A program made the position numbers and the translations under genes. Source: Phoronis australis (Eukaryota > Animalia > Phoronida). Taken from it: DNA of 64,000 nucleotides. Where the stretch lies: assembly GCA_002633005.1 (NCBI GenBank), contig NMRA01000786.1, forward strand, positions 81,653 through 145,652, given 5' to 3'. Shown here one piece after another: positions 1 through 14,894 of the stretch. The stretch's first letter is position 1. Each line of letters starts with the position of its first letter. The notes under the pieces are model-generated. The model was not told the DNA's origin. It worked only from the letters and a program-made list of their open reading frames with translations, and searched no databases.

Positions 1-3000
1 TAGGGTTCGAGATTACATGCACTTCCTGTCACTGCAAAGAGTATGGAGGAATTTCCTTCTTGTACATTTGGTTAATTTCGTTACATAAGTGTAATCGCGG
101 AGGAAATGTGGCCTTCATTAGCTGTCTTAAAGACGTCAGAAGTCATCTAAAGTCGTGCAAAGTGCCACAGAAGTTTGAAAGTATATCGGAATTACAGCTG
201 ATTCTTGCCAGAGCTGGAGATAGGAGGTTGGACTGGCAAATCAATGGAAATGCGCCGTACACATTGACATGAGTTTGGACTTGGCTTTAGACAAAAATTG
301 ACGTGCTGTTATCCAGAACACACAGCATATTGTCAGAGGGATAAACCAGGAACAAGCAAAACAGGATCTGATGTCATCTCTGACCCCACACCAAGTTTTG
401 GTTGTAATGGATTTTGCAATGAAGTTCATACCCATCAGTTTCCGTGAAGCACAGTCCGACTGGTTTGGAAAAAAGGATCTCATGGCACATGGCGGCTTGT
501 ATCACAAAGAAAGGTGAAAGCCACCTGGTAAAAATAAATCCTCAATTAGTATTCAAGATGTTGCAAAGTAGTTCTCAGATGTGCTCAATATTAAACAGAA
601 AGACAGTGATGAACAATGTTGTTGTCTTTACCTCTTTTTAGTATATTGATTTACTGTAACAGTTCAAGATACAGGGAGTGTGCACTTAATATCTATTTTT
701 TTTCTTGCCATTTCCCAACAAAAGCTTGACAGTGATGCATTCTTTGTATCTTAGTAGATTTTGCACACAAACCTTCATTTTAACTGAAGCCATTTTGTAC
801 TTATGTATGATTTTCATATCTTTGTGAAGGGGAAATTTCCCCCTCCCTAGAAATGTTTTGAAGGAGCTACTGATATAATAACGTGTTGAGACGAACCATG
901 ATTGAAGTTAAGTTGAGTTGTGTGATTGCGGTTTAGGTGGTAATAAGATGTAATAAGGTAGTTCTTTAAACTAGCTGACCTATTTGAGATACATAATTGT
1001 TGTATTTCAGGTACATACGTTCATCCATACTCTAGATGCCTGCAATCAAGACTTTTTCACTGTTTGCTGTTTAACGCTAGATGTGCTAAGGCAGGTGAAA
1101 CCTAGGGATCCACAAATAACGGAAGCTCCGACAATGCCAGTTGTTACCATTCAGCTGCCCTTTTGATTCATTTGTTCTACATATCTGGTAACACTGGCAT
1201 CTCCATTCTGTGCTGCGACTTCAGTGAAAGTCAGAAGGGAAAAGACATCTGTGACAGGAAAATCGCACCCTTGAAGTCCCATGCCAAGTACCTCGTCAAT
1301 GAAGGCAACAAAATGCAGTCGACCTGAAACATGCACTAGAGTCTAGAGGAGGTGTCAAAGGCTGTTATGTGTCGGCCTGTAGTGTGAATGCCCCAAAGGT
1401 CCTTCCCAAGCACAGTATCCAAGGGATAAGTTTGCTGACAATCTTTGAGTATTCCGCCGATGGCATTCGAGCATGGAAGGCCTATACATGTAGAGTAGGG
1501 GAGGGAAAACTTGTCATCAACAAATCATGTAAACTGTTGCCTCTGGAAAGTCTTGACCTTGCAACACTCCAGTGTTTTACAACTCCTAGGGTTGAGTCGG
1601 GGCTGGTATCCCGTGAACGTCATACGAAGTTCACATGCACACACTATGGGTGCTCGAAATCTTTTCCTACAGATGCTGAGCTAAATGAGCACTTGGATGT
1701 TGGTGCTCATTCATCATCCCTTCAGAACGAGACTCAGTTCGACCACATTTCAAGACAATCTGATATTATGTTATCTACTACCACAGCTGTATCATCACCT
1801 GAGTTGTCTGCCGTTTACGTTGTTAATCAAGTTGCCGCAGGATTGGGCCCTGAAAAGTATTAGAAAAGCGGTCCGCTTCTCTGAGAAGGTAAAGACTTAA
1901 CCCAGTAATATATTTCCTGAAGGTGAACAGTCAGGCAGAAAATAACAGCCAGCTGAGGTTGTAAAGATGATGCGAGAAACCAAGAATAAGCAAGGAAAAG
2001 TTTTCTCCTCTGAAGAGTGGCTGTCGGAGCAGCAGATTGATGGATTTTTCTCCCGTATGGTTGCCGCGTCTCGAATCGGAAATATTCAGAATATTGAAGA
2101 TGCTGATGCTGCTGCTGCTGCCCACGAGTTTGCCTCAAAGAATGACTTGGAGCTTGAATGAGTTATCATCATAAACTGTAGGAAATTATAAACATGTTTT
2201 AGTTGTTGTCTATTCTTATGATATTGTTGTGGTCATCATTATCGTAGCTAGGGGACTGGGGTCCACCCTGGGCGAAATTGGGAAACATGGAAGATGACGC
2301 AAATGCGGGGCTTCCATGGGGGAGAGATTTGAGTGGTGGCCGTTTGGGAAAAATAATCCAAGCCACTGATGGTCAACACTGAAATCTTCTGTCACTTTTT
2401 ACTAGCGTTTTTTGTTTTATGTTCAGTTTGAGACTCGTAAAGCATACTTTTTACATGATTGACTCTATTAAAACTACTGAGATTTTTATAGGAGTGATTA
2501 TCTAGTTTTGAGAAACGTCTATCTTAGACATGTGTACTGAGCAAAATAAAAGGACTTAGTGTTTCAGTAGCTCTTGTTTTCTTCAAACAAAATGCAGTTT
2601 TTTGAAGTGTTGTGTAGAAATGCTTCATACACTAAACCTAGCATACCCTCAAGAAATTGTGGTTTTGATTCCGCCGCTTGAACGGAATTTACATATTGTG
2701 AAACTTTTAGCTGGTAAGTCGCAACAACACCCAATTGCTTAAATACTGGTTTAAAAAGCCGGTATCTTGGATATCACTGAAACTATTATTTTTTCAATCG
2801 TAAATATCCGTACCTGTTATTTTTCTGAAATTGCAAATTCCAGTGGCGCACCGCCACCATGCTCGGCCGCTTTTGTGTAGTACAAGAAGCCTTGCGTGAC
2901 ACTTTGTATGTTCAATAACACGACACTTCTGCTCGTATCCACCGTCCTCTTTTCACTTGTGATCTCGAAGATCTTGATTAGTTTTAGTATGAACTTTGCT

Positions 3001-4000
3001 AATAGTTTGAGAGGACTTTTTCAAGCGCATATACAGGGATTTGTTCAGGAGGTCTGAATTTGGACCAGCATGCACTGCAGGCAGTGCGTGGGATTCTTAG
3101 TCAATTACAGTGTTTGAAAAATGACCAAGCAATGGGTAATGGGCACCCTCGATAAGAATAAAATCTGCTTCTCTGAAGTATGAGATGGTGATGGATTTGT
3201 ATTATTAACTCATAAGTACATTAAACTTGACTTTTTGGTTTCTGTAATCCTATAACAAATTTTTATTTTTGCACCAGCAAAACTGAAAATCCGCGAAGAA
3301 AAAATCTCTCATACAGCTTCCCATGATCTCCTTCGTCAATGATGCAGCAAAACGAATGATATTTGTTCTATTTGGCATCTTGGTCGATAGATAATTGCAC
3401 AATCGAATAGCGCCTCCTGGAGCCTTTTAATTAAACTGACAGTCACAGATTGGCAGAAAAGTGTGTGAGTTATGTAAAAAACTGACTGCACGAAAACTGC
3501 GAAAGAGACAAGATTTTTTATTCTTGCGTTTTGCTGAACAAAGACAGCTGTAACAGATGAAAGTTAACTCATGTTCCAAAAGAATCCGATATAGATTTGG
3601 GAAAGTGATAAAAATGCGTAAAAATGACCTTAATGTTCAGTAGTGAAAATGATAATTTTGTAGGCTAAACTGGGAGGACATAAAAATAATAATAATAAAT
3701 CCACCCGAACTAGTTTTTCTTGTATGTTATTCTTTTTTCTTTCTGCTATATAGTTATTTTTTCAATAGCATGAAGCGATGATGTGCTGTTGCTGACAAAA
3801 GTCACCTACTTCCAAGTACTATTATTTGCTATTTTTCAGAAAAAGTACTAAGTGGTCGTAAAAAGGTTTAAAAAAAATCGGAAACTTTTAAAAATTCAGG
3901 CTTAGGTCTCTTTTGTCAAGGCCAGCTGATGTGCTAAGTTTCAAAAAATTGGTGATTTTGCATATATAGCCCACCATCTGGTTTTTATATGGAATTGCTC
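1..4000 (+). mobile_element. Degenerate Sola3-like DNA transposon (frameshifted, intron-containing transposase; right end at 4000)
   Basis: Across frames the transposase reads DFAMKFIPISFREAQSDWFGK-GISWH (~410-490), then a GT..AG intron at 528-1010, then VHTFIH, SDNASCYH (~1125), GKDICDR (~1240) and a C2H2-type finger CTHYGCSKSF..HLDVGAH (~1637-1710). It ends in ...GGAATTGCTC followed by TTTTAA, matching the GAG/CTC termini and TTAA target described for Sola3. Confidence 0.65.
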
Positions 4001-5293
4001 TTTTAAGAGCAATTCCATATAAATTAAAATTAGTTCATGCTACCATAGGCTGAAATTATATATTCAGTCTTGATACTCTAGGATCCCTAAACAACTAACT
4101 AGTCTTGTGTTTGTACATGTATATGTTGACTGGCAGTCTACATAACCAGTTCCTCCTATTTTTGATACTCACTACAAGTACACCTTCATCCAGTCAAAGC
4201 ATCTGTAGTCCTGAAAGCATTGGTAAAATATATTTCCTTGCTGTTTCGGCATTATTGCAGATTTGATAAGGAACTGGGTTGTAACATTTGTCTTTTGTAA
4301 ATGAATTATAAGCAACTACTGGTTGATGAGGGTTGACATCCTATATTGGTCAATCAAAATGTCTAGAATTATTTTTATTATTACAGACTATGAATTCACC
4401 AATACTTTTGTAAACTGACATTTGGTTGGTTTTGGATGAGATTTGTAACAAAGATTTGATTTGAGTTACTTGGCCAAATATTTCTTTCTTAAAAATTAGT
4501 TTGAATTATAGGGCTGTACATGTACATCTGTTTAAACCAATTTGATATACCAAACTAAAGTAGCTATTGTAGTCTTTGAGGCCCTGGTAATATTAATATG
4601 AACCACCTTAAAAATGAAATAAAGAACATACCATCAAAGTACTAAACAGTTTTATAAAATGTTTCACACTAATACATGTATATGTAGTCAGTACTAAAAA
4701 ATTTGTAGTCTTTCTTCCGAACTGGTTGATCTGGTGTGCTTGAGGGTCAATGCTATTTGGACATAAAATATATTTATTGTTAATCCTTATGAAATCCACT
4801 AGATAATTGCGAGTTATATAAAGTTATGGGAATAGGGTTGATAGACCAATATGTGTAGCATAAATCCAGGGTTGCATAAGTTTTAACTAAAAATCTCAGA
4901 CAGAGCCTGAATCCGTACGGTGCAATGGGAAGTTGGTCTCTATGAGCACAAGTTTCTAGCAATGCTCGGTAAGTCAATTATGTCATTACAATTTTCTACA
5001 AACAAAATTTCTTTGGAATAGAATAGAATGTGGGCAGAACTAATGCTAAATAAGGGAAAGTTATGTACTCATACAAAACACCTGCATTTAAAATTATTCA
5101 TAAAAATAATGTACTTTTTGAAAATGTTCGCCCTTGCACCACCAGATGACCCCTAGCTGGGGATCAAATCGATTTCATGGCTATCACCTGCGTCTACTAA
5201 ATGCCAGATAACATCTCTCAGTAAAATAACATTCAGCCGAGACCATCAGACATTAAACTCACGGTAAAAATCCCTTAATTACACACACAGTAG

Positions 5294-5447
5294 CAGTGTC
5301 GGATTTAAGGGGAGGGAGCCAAAGGGTCCGTGGCCCCCCTAAAATTGTCTCAGATTCCATTTGTCAGTACGGGGTGCGAATGCCTGACGGGAAAAATCCT
5401 GGCTAATACTCTGCACCCCCTAACCCAAAACCCTGGATCCGCCCGTG
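5294..5447. mobile_element. MITE with CAGTG(G/T)CGGAT-type termini
   Basis: cagtgtcggattt ... ggatccgcccgtg imperfect terminal inverted repeats; no clear TSD. Confidence 0.45.
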
Positions 5448-7724
5448 TTCGCAGTCCGAAAATGGCCCGTTGTTATCAGGTACAACCCTAAAAATATCAT
5501 ATTCGGGTGTAAGCCTTTTTCGAACAAAATAGACAACTGGCTAATTTCCAAACTTTACGTTCAGACATAAATACTAAACTTTCCTGATTTACAAGCCTAG
5601 CAAATCGTACTTTGCTCTCAATTCAGTGTATGCAGGACAATCAAGTAAAAAATTGAATTTTATTCTTTAACTACTCTTTTAGAACATGCTGAACACAAAC
5701 GTACATTCAACTAATTTGGCTGAACATGTTTAGTCACCCATTCTATCTCTAATCCCATATGGAATAACTGTTTGGGCATTTGGAGTTTGCACAAGGTTAA
5801 AAAAGTAACAACGAAGCTATACGAAATATTGACAAATCAGTATACATGGAACGGATGGATGGCAGTGGTACATGTACATTTTACTTAGTGAGCGACACGC
5901 ACACTGAGCACGGATCACGAATAAATAGATGGCCGACTGACGCAAAACAATTAAAAATGTTGTTACTGATTTTTATTGATAAAGTTGATTGTTGTGCCCA
6001 AGTTTGGTCAATAAGGCGGCTAACATTAAAATAAAACCGATTTTTGTACGTTAAACATGGAAACGAACATGACAACGAAGTTTCACTCATGAACTTATTA
6101 ATGTTAATAAAAATAATTCATTAAATAACAGTAAGTAATATACTGCTCTAGTTGGATGAGTTAACTAAACTTTTACACAGAATTACAAACACAGCAGTTG
6201 TTAATGGTGTAATCAAGGTAATGATCGTTTCCCTTACCGATATTACAAACAAAACATTTTCTGTATTCGTTTGGTAAAGCGCCGTGTGAACATGGATGGA
6301 GTTGGAGGCAAATTTCCGTTTTTATATTACGTAGACTACGCTGTACAGATACGAGAACAGACAATATTGATTTTCTAAGTTGGAAAGAAAATATAGAACC
6401 ACGCTGGAATGACGAGATAGTATTAAATTACAAGTGATTTTATATTACATGTATGTTATAAGTTAAATACCTTGTTGAAAGCCATGTGTATGAGGGCTAC
6501 TTTATCTGCCTAGGAAAACACACAAAACAAATTTGGTTCATCTTAGAAGTTCAAACCATCATCTGATGATTGACATGTCACGGTAACTTCGTGTATCTCG
6601 TGAGCAAACACAATACCCATGTTACAACATCGACAAAATGAGGACAAATACTGTTTTCTAGTGTACATCTATAACTTCCGAAACAATTTCAAGTTTCCTG
6701 TTGTTTACCTTCAAAATATTAGAACAGTTTTTTAGAAAGGTCTTCAACTATACAAATATAAATTACGTAATATTAAAAGTCCTTATAAATTATTGAAAGG
6801 CTGAGGTCACTGAGGTAAAGGAAAAAATATCTGATTGTATTTATTCTTTTACTGAAATTTTTGAAGTGATGGTATCATTATAATGATGTTTAGATAGTTC
6901 AATGCATAAGGAGTTCGTACATGTATATATGAATAAACTATGTTGTATGACATTTATTAGAATTAGTCAAAGCACCACCACTGCCGCCGCCAACACGGGG
7001 CTGTTGCTGCTGCTGTCATTGTTGTCAACTGTAATATTAGGCCTATTTTGTATTTATAAATGGCTCAATCATGTATTGAAAAAATTAATAAAACACTTCC
7101 AGTTTCATAAAAAATTGCGAGGTTTACATTATCGTAAATCAGCTGAGATCTCAAGGTGGAAAAAGCAATGAAACACCATTTTCAGCAATGATGATTCCTA
7201 ATCCGTTTTGCCCATTGTTGTTATTTTCAAAACGTGGTTAAATTGAATGACGTAGTATTTTTGAGATCTGAACATCAGTCGTTTTTACTCCAGTGTTTGG
7301 CGTATATGTAGGTCTTTTTCTGGATGAAGGTGTTTCTTCATGTAGTATTGTGATGAAAAATATCCCAACACGTGCATAAGCGTTGTATGGCATAAAGTCG
7401 GGTAACTGTGACTGATGCAACCGGGAATACTGTATTACAAATTTCTCGCGTCTTGACACGTTGCACATGTGAGCAACTTTACATTCAGACCTAGTCCTGT
7501 TTTCTGTCCAAATTTGTTTTCGCGTAAGTTCAGTTCTGTAGGTTACTATTCAAACAAGAATACCAAATACTTGAGCACGGCACGGAATATGGGTAAATTA
7601 AAGATATATTTCGCTCATTTTATCTTAAAAACTACTTATGAAATTCTTTTGGTAAAAACTATTTACAAACGTGCCAAGCACAATTTATGGGTTTAACAAA
7701 TATTTCCATGTTAACGCCATCAGC

Positions 7725-8156
7725 CAGTGCCGGATTCAGAACAGAATAGAGGCTACATGTACGAGCCTCGCGCTTTTTGGGACCTCGCTTTCACAGCAGC
7801 TTCTGAGGCACCTGTACCAGAAGCAATAACACCTTGTGGTGCGAAACGTTGTGTTGGGACACCGACATTTTCAATTTGCGTAGGGACAAGAGTGCGGGGC
7901 TCCAGTGATCTAAGCGATGTCAAAAGGCATGTAGGTGTATAAATGTTTGTAATCGATTAATTCGATGCGTTGCCCAGTTGGCACATGTGTCTCATCATGC
8001 AGAAGCCGTCTCAACTGCTTTCTTTTGCAAAAGTGAAAATTAAACCTGGGTTGCTTTGGCTTTGAGATAATTGTTGTATGAGCATTTGAGTATACATGTA
8101 GGTCCCGCGCTATGACTATACCATGGGCCCCGCAGTGATAGCTGAGTCCGCCACTA
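7725..8156. mobile_element. MITE with CAGTG..CGGA termini
   Basis: cagtgccggattcag ... ctgagtccgccacta inverted termini, flanked on both sides by the direct repeat catcagc (7718-7724, 8157-8163). Confidence 0.65.
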
Positions 8157-9621
8157 CATCAGCAGGAAAGAAATGTCTTTCATGTTTAACAGGTAATCGG
8201 CTGAATTTGAAGGCTTATCTAAAATGAAAAACTGGGCGTTGATTATAGATAAAAATTAATCCATGGTGTTGTGTTGGTGCTGATCACAAGTTAGTGGCAA
8301 GAGCATATTCACTGTACAATTCGCAGAAAGATATGTTAGACAACACAATGGTTTTTAATAAAATACCAATGGCAGGTTGCATTTGTAACAATAGGCACAC
8401 CACTTTCATTTCGAAATTCGCGGAAATGTTTTTATAATTGTAATAAATTACATGATTATCTTGGCAATGACTAAATGCAGGGAAAATGTGACAGCAGGAA
8501 TGTAAAAGACGAACAGAGTGTATTATCAGATAAAAGAGTGAGTTCTTCGATAGACCAAGACCTAATAACCCGCCCAGTCAAACCAACCTGTTGAACTTGG
8601 TATGTACATTCTTCCCCAGCTCAGAAATCAATTTTAATTTCAGTAACCTGAGTCAGAATATAACAATACGTAATCTATATCGAGTTTTTATTCTAGGAAG
8701 ACAGATTGTTGAACTGAGTACTCCAATTTTGCGGATTCACAAAAAAACTTGTTAACATTCACCCAGAAGTGTTTGATTCTTGCACTGTATTTCAAAACAC
8801 TTCTGGGACCAAACTGTTACGTTTCTTTACACATATTGGCTGACTTCACTTGGTGGGGACTGTATTGAAGATTTACCTATTCCCGTTTAGTCCGTAGTCC
8901 AGACAAAATCGGTTTTCAGATGCCTGATTAATGATATCAATTTTATTTTTGTGAAGCGCCAGGTTCGTTCTTTTGTCCAATGTCACAAGGCAAACGCCAA
9001 TTATCTAAGCTGAACGAACACTCATGGACTCAAAAGCGTTCTCAAGAAATAAAAAAACACATGGCAGCATTTTGGCGATCGTATTTCTTCGGCGAAACAA
9101 GGAACGAGGAATTCAACTTCAGAAGCCAAACGCGATCCAAGTTACCAGTTTCTGTCCCTGATATTTCAATTCAAGCATAACTTGTTTTGGCCGTGATAGA
9201 CCGTGAAATTCCTGAGTAAATCACATGCCTTCATTTAGCCGGTAACATGTGATTTCACGCTAATACATATTAACTGATGGCGTTAACTAAGAGTTGTCTA
9301 ACGAAACAACACGTCTGTTTTCACTTTTTCGCTCTTCTGATGGATTTAAACTAATAGCAGATTTGAAATTTTCATAAAATTTCACCTCCGTACATGCCCT
9401 CTCCGTAAATAACGGTGAAGTTTAGCTGAGGTCGCTTCGGTCAGATCAGCCGAGTTTGAAATAACTTTTAGTATTACTACGCGGTAAAGCGGTTTCCTTT
9501 GTTTAGAATTTTATATCCGATAAAAATTTAACTTACAATTATAATTTCAAAGTAAATACACAAACATTAGCGTGCAATATCAGTATACCTGAGTTAAAAT
9601 TCATGAGAATGTATCAAATTT

Positions 9622-12600
9622 CAGTCCAGTCATTCTACGGATGACCCGGAAAAAATTGCAACAGAAGGTTTTATTGCATGAATCGTATCCCCTCACACCC
9701 CTTAGTGTGACAAAAAAGTCTACCGGAATCGGAGTGGCGGAACTTGGTTTTTCAAGATGGCGGACAAAATGCCCGCCAGCATTACACATGACCATTATAA
9801 CTCGAGAGTGGCATGTGATAGAGTAAAAATTCAAAAAGGTTTACCTATCTTTTGTGGGTCAACAAATTTGTTGGAAATAGTTTTGCATGGCTGTGGTGAC
9901 ACCATCCGCCATTTTCCAAGATGGCCTCCAAAACTATTTCGAGTCGCACAACTTCGAATGAACAAATTAGTATGTCGTCTTGCTTCAAACATTGAATCAT
10001 AAGTTTTCTGGGTCGACAAATCCATTGAGACTCATTACAATTGGCTCTAATGATTACTTCCAACAATTTCTAAGATGGCCACCAAATAGTTGCTTCGTGT
10101 AAGAACTTCAGATTCCAGAGGCACGCCAGCTTCACAGATGTCATATCCTGAAGTTTTTAGGTCAGCACGACGATTACAATAATTTTTGTCTGGCTCTGAT
10201 GATTACGACTACAATTTTCAAGATTGTTTAACGAGTAATAACTTATTTGGGTGAAAGACATCAGGTTTGCCTGGACTGAAGGATCATTCTCCTCCTGAAA
10301 ATGTGCTGTATCGAAAATAACTTTCTGCGATTAATTTAGTGATCTACTACCACGCCGTCTGTGTCACCTCCAGTTAGTTGTAAATGGGAATACAGCAACA
10401 GTTGAGACAGGAGAAAGGTTTACAATTGTATGTTTAGCAAGTTAAACAGTTTATAATATAAGTGCTTGCACAGCTCCCACTAGGCTTCTCTTAGCGATGT
10501 TACAAGTCTGTCTGAAGCAGTCATTCTCAGTCTGTGATCAAAATCTGTACACAATCAACCAGTATTTACACAATTAATCTCTTTCAACTGAGAATGAATT
10601 AGTAAATATATAGACGCTGAGGTTGGCCAGTAATTAAATATTTCAAATAAACACAGAAAAATCAGGAATCTCAACTGAGAATGAATTGTTGCAGCTTAAG
10701 CCACGGCATTCTCCACATGCAACCGAGCTCGGCAATCCTAACTTCTTGCAAGAACATCTCTTGGAACTGCAGTTGGTCTTACACAAGCATCTTACTACTT
10801 TCAGCAGGTTGTTTGGTGCTGATGACTAGTCCGTCGTCGTGGGAATGAATTTTCCACCTGCCAGCTATCCCCAATACAGCGAGACTAGGCCACTGCCACG
10901 GAAACTTGACCACTCTTGCCCTTGATAGTATGTCCCGCAACAATGAAATTTAGCTACTGAAGAAAGTTGGTGGTAATGACTGTATGTGGACTGGTTCTGA
11001 CACCTCATCTACAAATCGTCTCGATCGCAAGTCATCCAAATTTCCAGAGCCAGTACCGCCTTAAAGCATAGATACAACTTTTACCAGATTCAAATACGTC
11101 TTGCTTCAGCTGCATGGGTCTAGTGAATACTCTGGCGTTTTCGCAGAATTCTTGATCACGCAGTTTCTTGAATGGGAGAGCCTTCGCATGCGCAAATGGC
11201 AAAACTGCGCAAGTTTCGGCTCCAAGAGACAACTGTAGTATTTTCATGTCCCACACTCTCCTTTTGCTTTGGTGCCTCTTGTCAAATTTCATGAACATTG
11301 GAAATTGTGAAGTAGCATGGTAACACAAAAGAACCAACAAGTCTGTATCATCTGCAATAAGGATTGTTGGACCTTGTGCTGCGTTCTCTACATCTGCGTC
11401 ACATTGAGCCTGTACCACTGTGCAAACAGTATTTCCTAGCAAACTAGACAAGAAGTGAATGAATCATCGTTTGTTTTTGCTCTTTGCCAAAAATGTTCCT
11501 TCTTTGACTTGATCACCATGTCACCATTGAAGTGAACTTCAGTTCCAACCACCCCACCCAGTCTTCGAACATGGGAGACATCTTTAGTTGATGGGCCACC
11601 TCCATAACCATCGAAAACAACAGTAGGCTGGGTGTACTTGCTGATGTAATCCACATAAGCTCTGCCAAACGACTGAGACGTTGCATTTCTAGGCCATGGA
11701 ATACGATGAAGGAGAGAACCGCCATCGATTACATGCATCACCGCGTTTTCTGGAAACGGAAATCCTCAGGTAGTCCCCCGCTGGACCAGATTGCATCAGC
11801 TAATATTGATTTATTAGAGACTCTGGGACGACCAGGTGTATCAAAAAGAGCAGGGGAACCACCACAAAGCTCAAACTTCAAAAGGCTTCATGAACTTTCA
11901 CTGTTGTCTTTTGCAGCTGTCAGGATTCGCTGAAGTAGCAGTCGTGGATCCACTTGCGTAAAATCACTATTAGCAATTGACTTGTCATTGCCACAACCTT
12001 GTCATTCTTTCTGAATGTGAAGTCTTTCACACTTGACCCCTCCATAGACAAGCGAATCGTCATCCCCGCTCCTCTGCCAGTTTCGGCATTAACGTGCGTG
12101 CCTGCAGTCACACCAGTGACGATGTTCTGCAATGTTTATCTTTAAAATGGGTCTCCGTTGTGGAGGAATTCAACAAGGCTGCGGATGTCTTTGTCGTCAC
12201 GCAACTGTCTTGCCTGGATATATTCCTATGTTGCTGACATGTTTCACAACTCAAGTTTGTCACAGTCTACATGACACAGTTTATATTTGAGCATGCCGGC
12301 AAGGAAAGCAGCCACGGTGCACTCTACGTATCTCCCATTTCGCAACCTCTAGTTAAACCTCCTGTTGCTTTAATACTTTTCACGAGCGTTTGTTCACTTA
12401 CAAGATCATATGACAAGCCTGCCCCCAATCTGTCACTTTGTCTTATGACATCTGGACGGGTGTCTTTGAGTTGCTGCGTCTGCTGCAAGTATATGAACTG
12501 TATGCAGATTTTGCATAAGAATTGTGACCAGCAGCTGCAAAGTAAGGCAGCATTTCAGAAACTGCTTTTAGGTGAAGTTCCCAATCTGACGTTATTTCTG

Positions 12601-14433
12601 CTTTTAAAAAAGTTGAAGGATGTCAATCATCTTCATACACTGTAGCCAAAGACTAATGATTCGACTTTGCAAGGACAAGTCTAATTTATGTGCTTTGATT
12701 TTTTATGGACACTCACAAGACACTCCGTCGAGCATACATCGCCGCACACAGACGTCATGCCAGCAATAAGATCATCATACCGCTTCAGACCAGCTCTCAA
12801 ATCATCATGAAGAATATCATTGGCCATTGATTCTTCTGACGTACTATTCTCTGTCACTGCGAATTCTGAAGACCTATACTCTGATTCAGACGTGTTTGAA
12901 TATACCAATGGCAGTAGGTCGGAAACCAGAAGTGAGCTCTCGTGAGGGCATTCCACTGTAATCCAAGGTTCAGAATCAGAAGACACTGGCTGGGCATGGC
13001 ATGCCCCAGAGTATACATCTAGTTATGTGATCAGTTGGGATGTCTAAAGAATCTGTCTCCATATTCTAACGAGCCAACATTGGTGTAGAAGCATTGAATT
13101 GCTCCCCCTCTTGGCACGGAATCTGTGTGTTCTGCGTTGGTGACATCCTGGACTCTTGGGATTTCTGAAGAACCGGAATTTCTTCATTGGTTCTGGATTG
13201 ACGTTACTTGATCTGTCAATATTTGGAAGTGGGACATAAGGATCACACAGTTTGACGCATGCACCGTCTCAAGATCTTCTTGAAGCCCTGTGCCTGACAT
13301 TACGTATCCAATACATTCCAGAAAGCTCATCTCAATATGAAATCTGCCAAGCCTGGCTAAGAACAAGTGACTGCAGATCACTGTCGTTTGGTTTGCTGGC
13401 ACTAATTTCCTCTAAAATCAGTTACTTATGTTCATAAAAAGAAACAAATTGTGAATACTAAATGTTAAAATTTAATTATTAACTTTTTGTTACACAATTT
13501 TATTTGCTTTTCATCAAATTCAGATGAAATCAACAGCCAAATTCTCAACACATGCCAGCAGCAGACGAAATCATTGCTTGGAAACATCTAATAATACCTC
13601 CAATAGCAGAGAAAAAAAGCCACTTCTTGCCCAATTTTATTCAGGGTTTGTGTAAGGAATAAGCCAATAACTCCGCCAGAATTTCATATTTTTCTAAGAA
13701 ATATTATTTTTGAAACCTCAAATGAATATATTTTACAGAAAAATAATTGAGTGTGTGAAATTTATTACAAAAATTTAGCTAAAGCCTTTTTTGAAAAACA
13801 CCAAACTTTATGTTATGTAATCTAAAATGTTATTACAATTCCACATTTAGTATCTAAATCTGAAAAACAAATTATAGAAACAATCGACTAATTAACCCTG
13901 ACTGTAGATTGTAAAATATTTTTGTGTAAATGCCTATCAGGTTACCTACAAAGTTTGCAGAAAGTAAATGCTTTAAATTGGGGGTTTGTGAATTGTCAGC
14001 CATCTTGATTTTTTCTCTCCAACCAGTGACCAATTGTAAGGTCTGGATATTTTCAATTGTCTACCTTACAAAGGAAAAAAAATTGCCATTTTCAGGGCAA
14101 AATATAAAAAGAAATCTTACAACAGGTATGAAATTGCCGTTTCGGCCGTCATTTTGTCGGCCGTATTGGTTTTCTTTTACAGTAAAAAATCAATTACAAA
14201 CGTTATTGTTTTATTTCCAGCTGTTACATACGAGTAACATGCCAGAAAGCAGTAAACACCGGTTTAGGTGGCCATTTTTTCCGCCATCTTCAAAAACCGA
14301 CTTCCGCCACTCCGATTTCGGTAGACTTTTTTTCTGGCACCAAGGGATGTTTGAAGATGCCATTTATGCAAAAAACCTTCTGTTGCAATTTTTTCTAGGT
14401 TGGGCCCTCTGGAGCCCTAGAATGACTGGACAA
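9622..14433 (-). mobile_element. Degenerate, internally deleted Academ (AcademX-type) DNA transposon
   Basis: ~150-bp imperfect TIRs (gtccagtcattcta...gcaacagaagg...gtctaccggaatcggagtggcgg at 9624-9772, and the reverse complement at 14281-14431). Minus-strand fragments: RLGRFHIEMSFL..IG..M.G.GL (transposase), VIDGGSLLHRIPW, VVFDGY, ADDTDLLVLL (XPG/PIN-like nuclease) and a C-terminal Cys-rich CxC motif at ~10690-10790. Many stops and frameshifts. Confidence 0.8.
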
Positions 14434-14894
14434 AAGAAATCCCCTCTCGTAGGTGTCGTGAGTACAAATGTGTTAAGTTTAGACATTTTTCGCCGTTTCA
14501 AAATGAGAGCGACGGGTGACCGTGTTCAAGCACACATATGTACATTTTTGCCGTAAAGCGAAATTCCTGATGAAAATTGGACGAAAAATGACTGTAATTT
14601 CAAGAGTTAACAATTTTTGACTGAAGTAATGGCGAAAATCCGGAAGAAAGTTGGGTGAAAAATGACGCTAAAATTATTGAACATTTACCGAAACTTTTTG
14701 CTTCAAAATTCCATATATTTTCCACGAGAATTATCGTGAACTTTTTAAGACCACCACATTACGATCAATGCTGAACGGCGGCTCGACCGCGACATAGTTA
14801 TTTGGTGGTTATACCATCCACAAACACGCATGTGTTACAAGTTCTGTGTCCGTGTTCGTTAAAACGAATTGTAGAAAGAGTATATCGGAGCGAT

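Noticed and set aside
13930-14556. 208-aa ORF
   Set aside because: It crosses the Academ TIR into flanking DNA and has no protein-like motifs.
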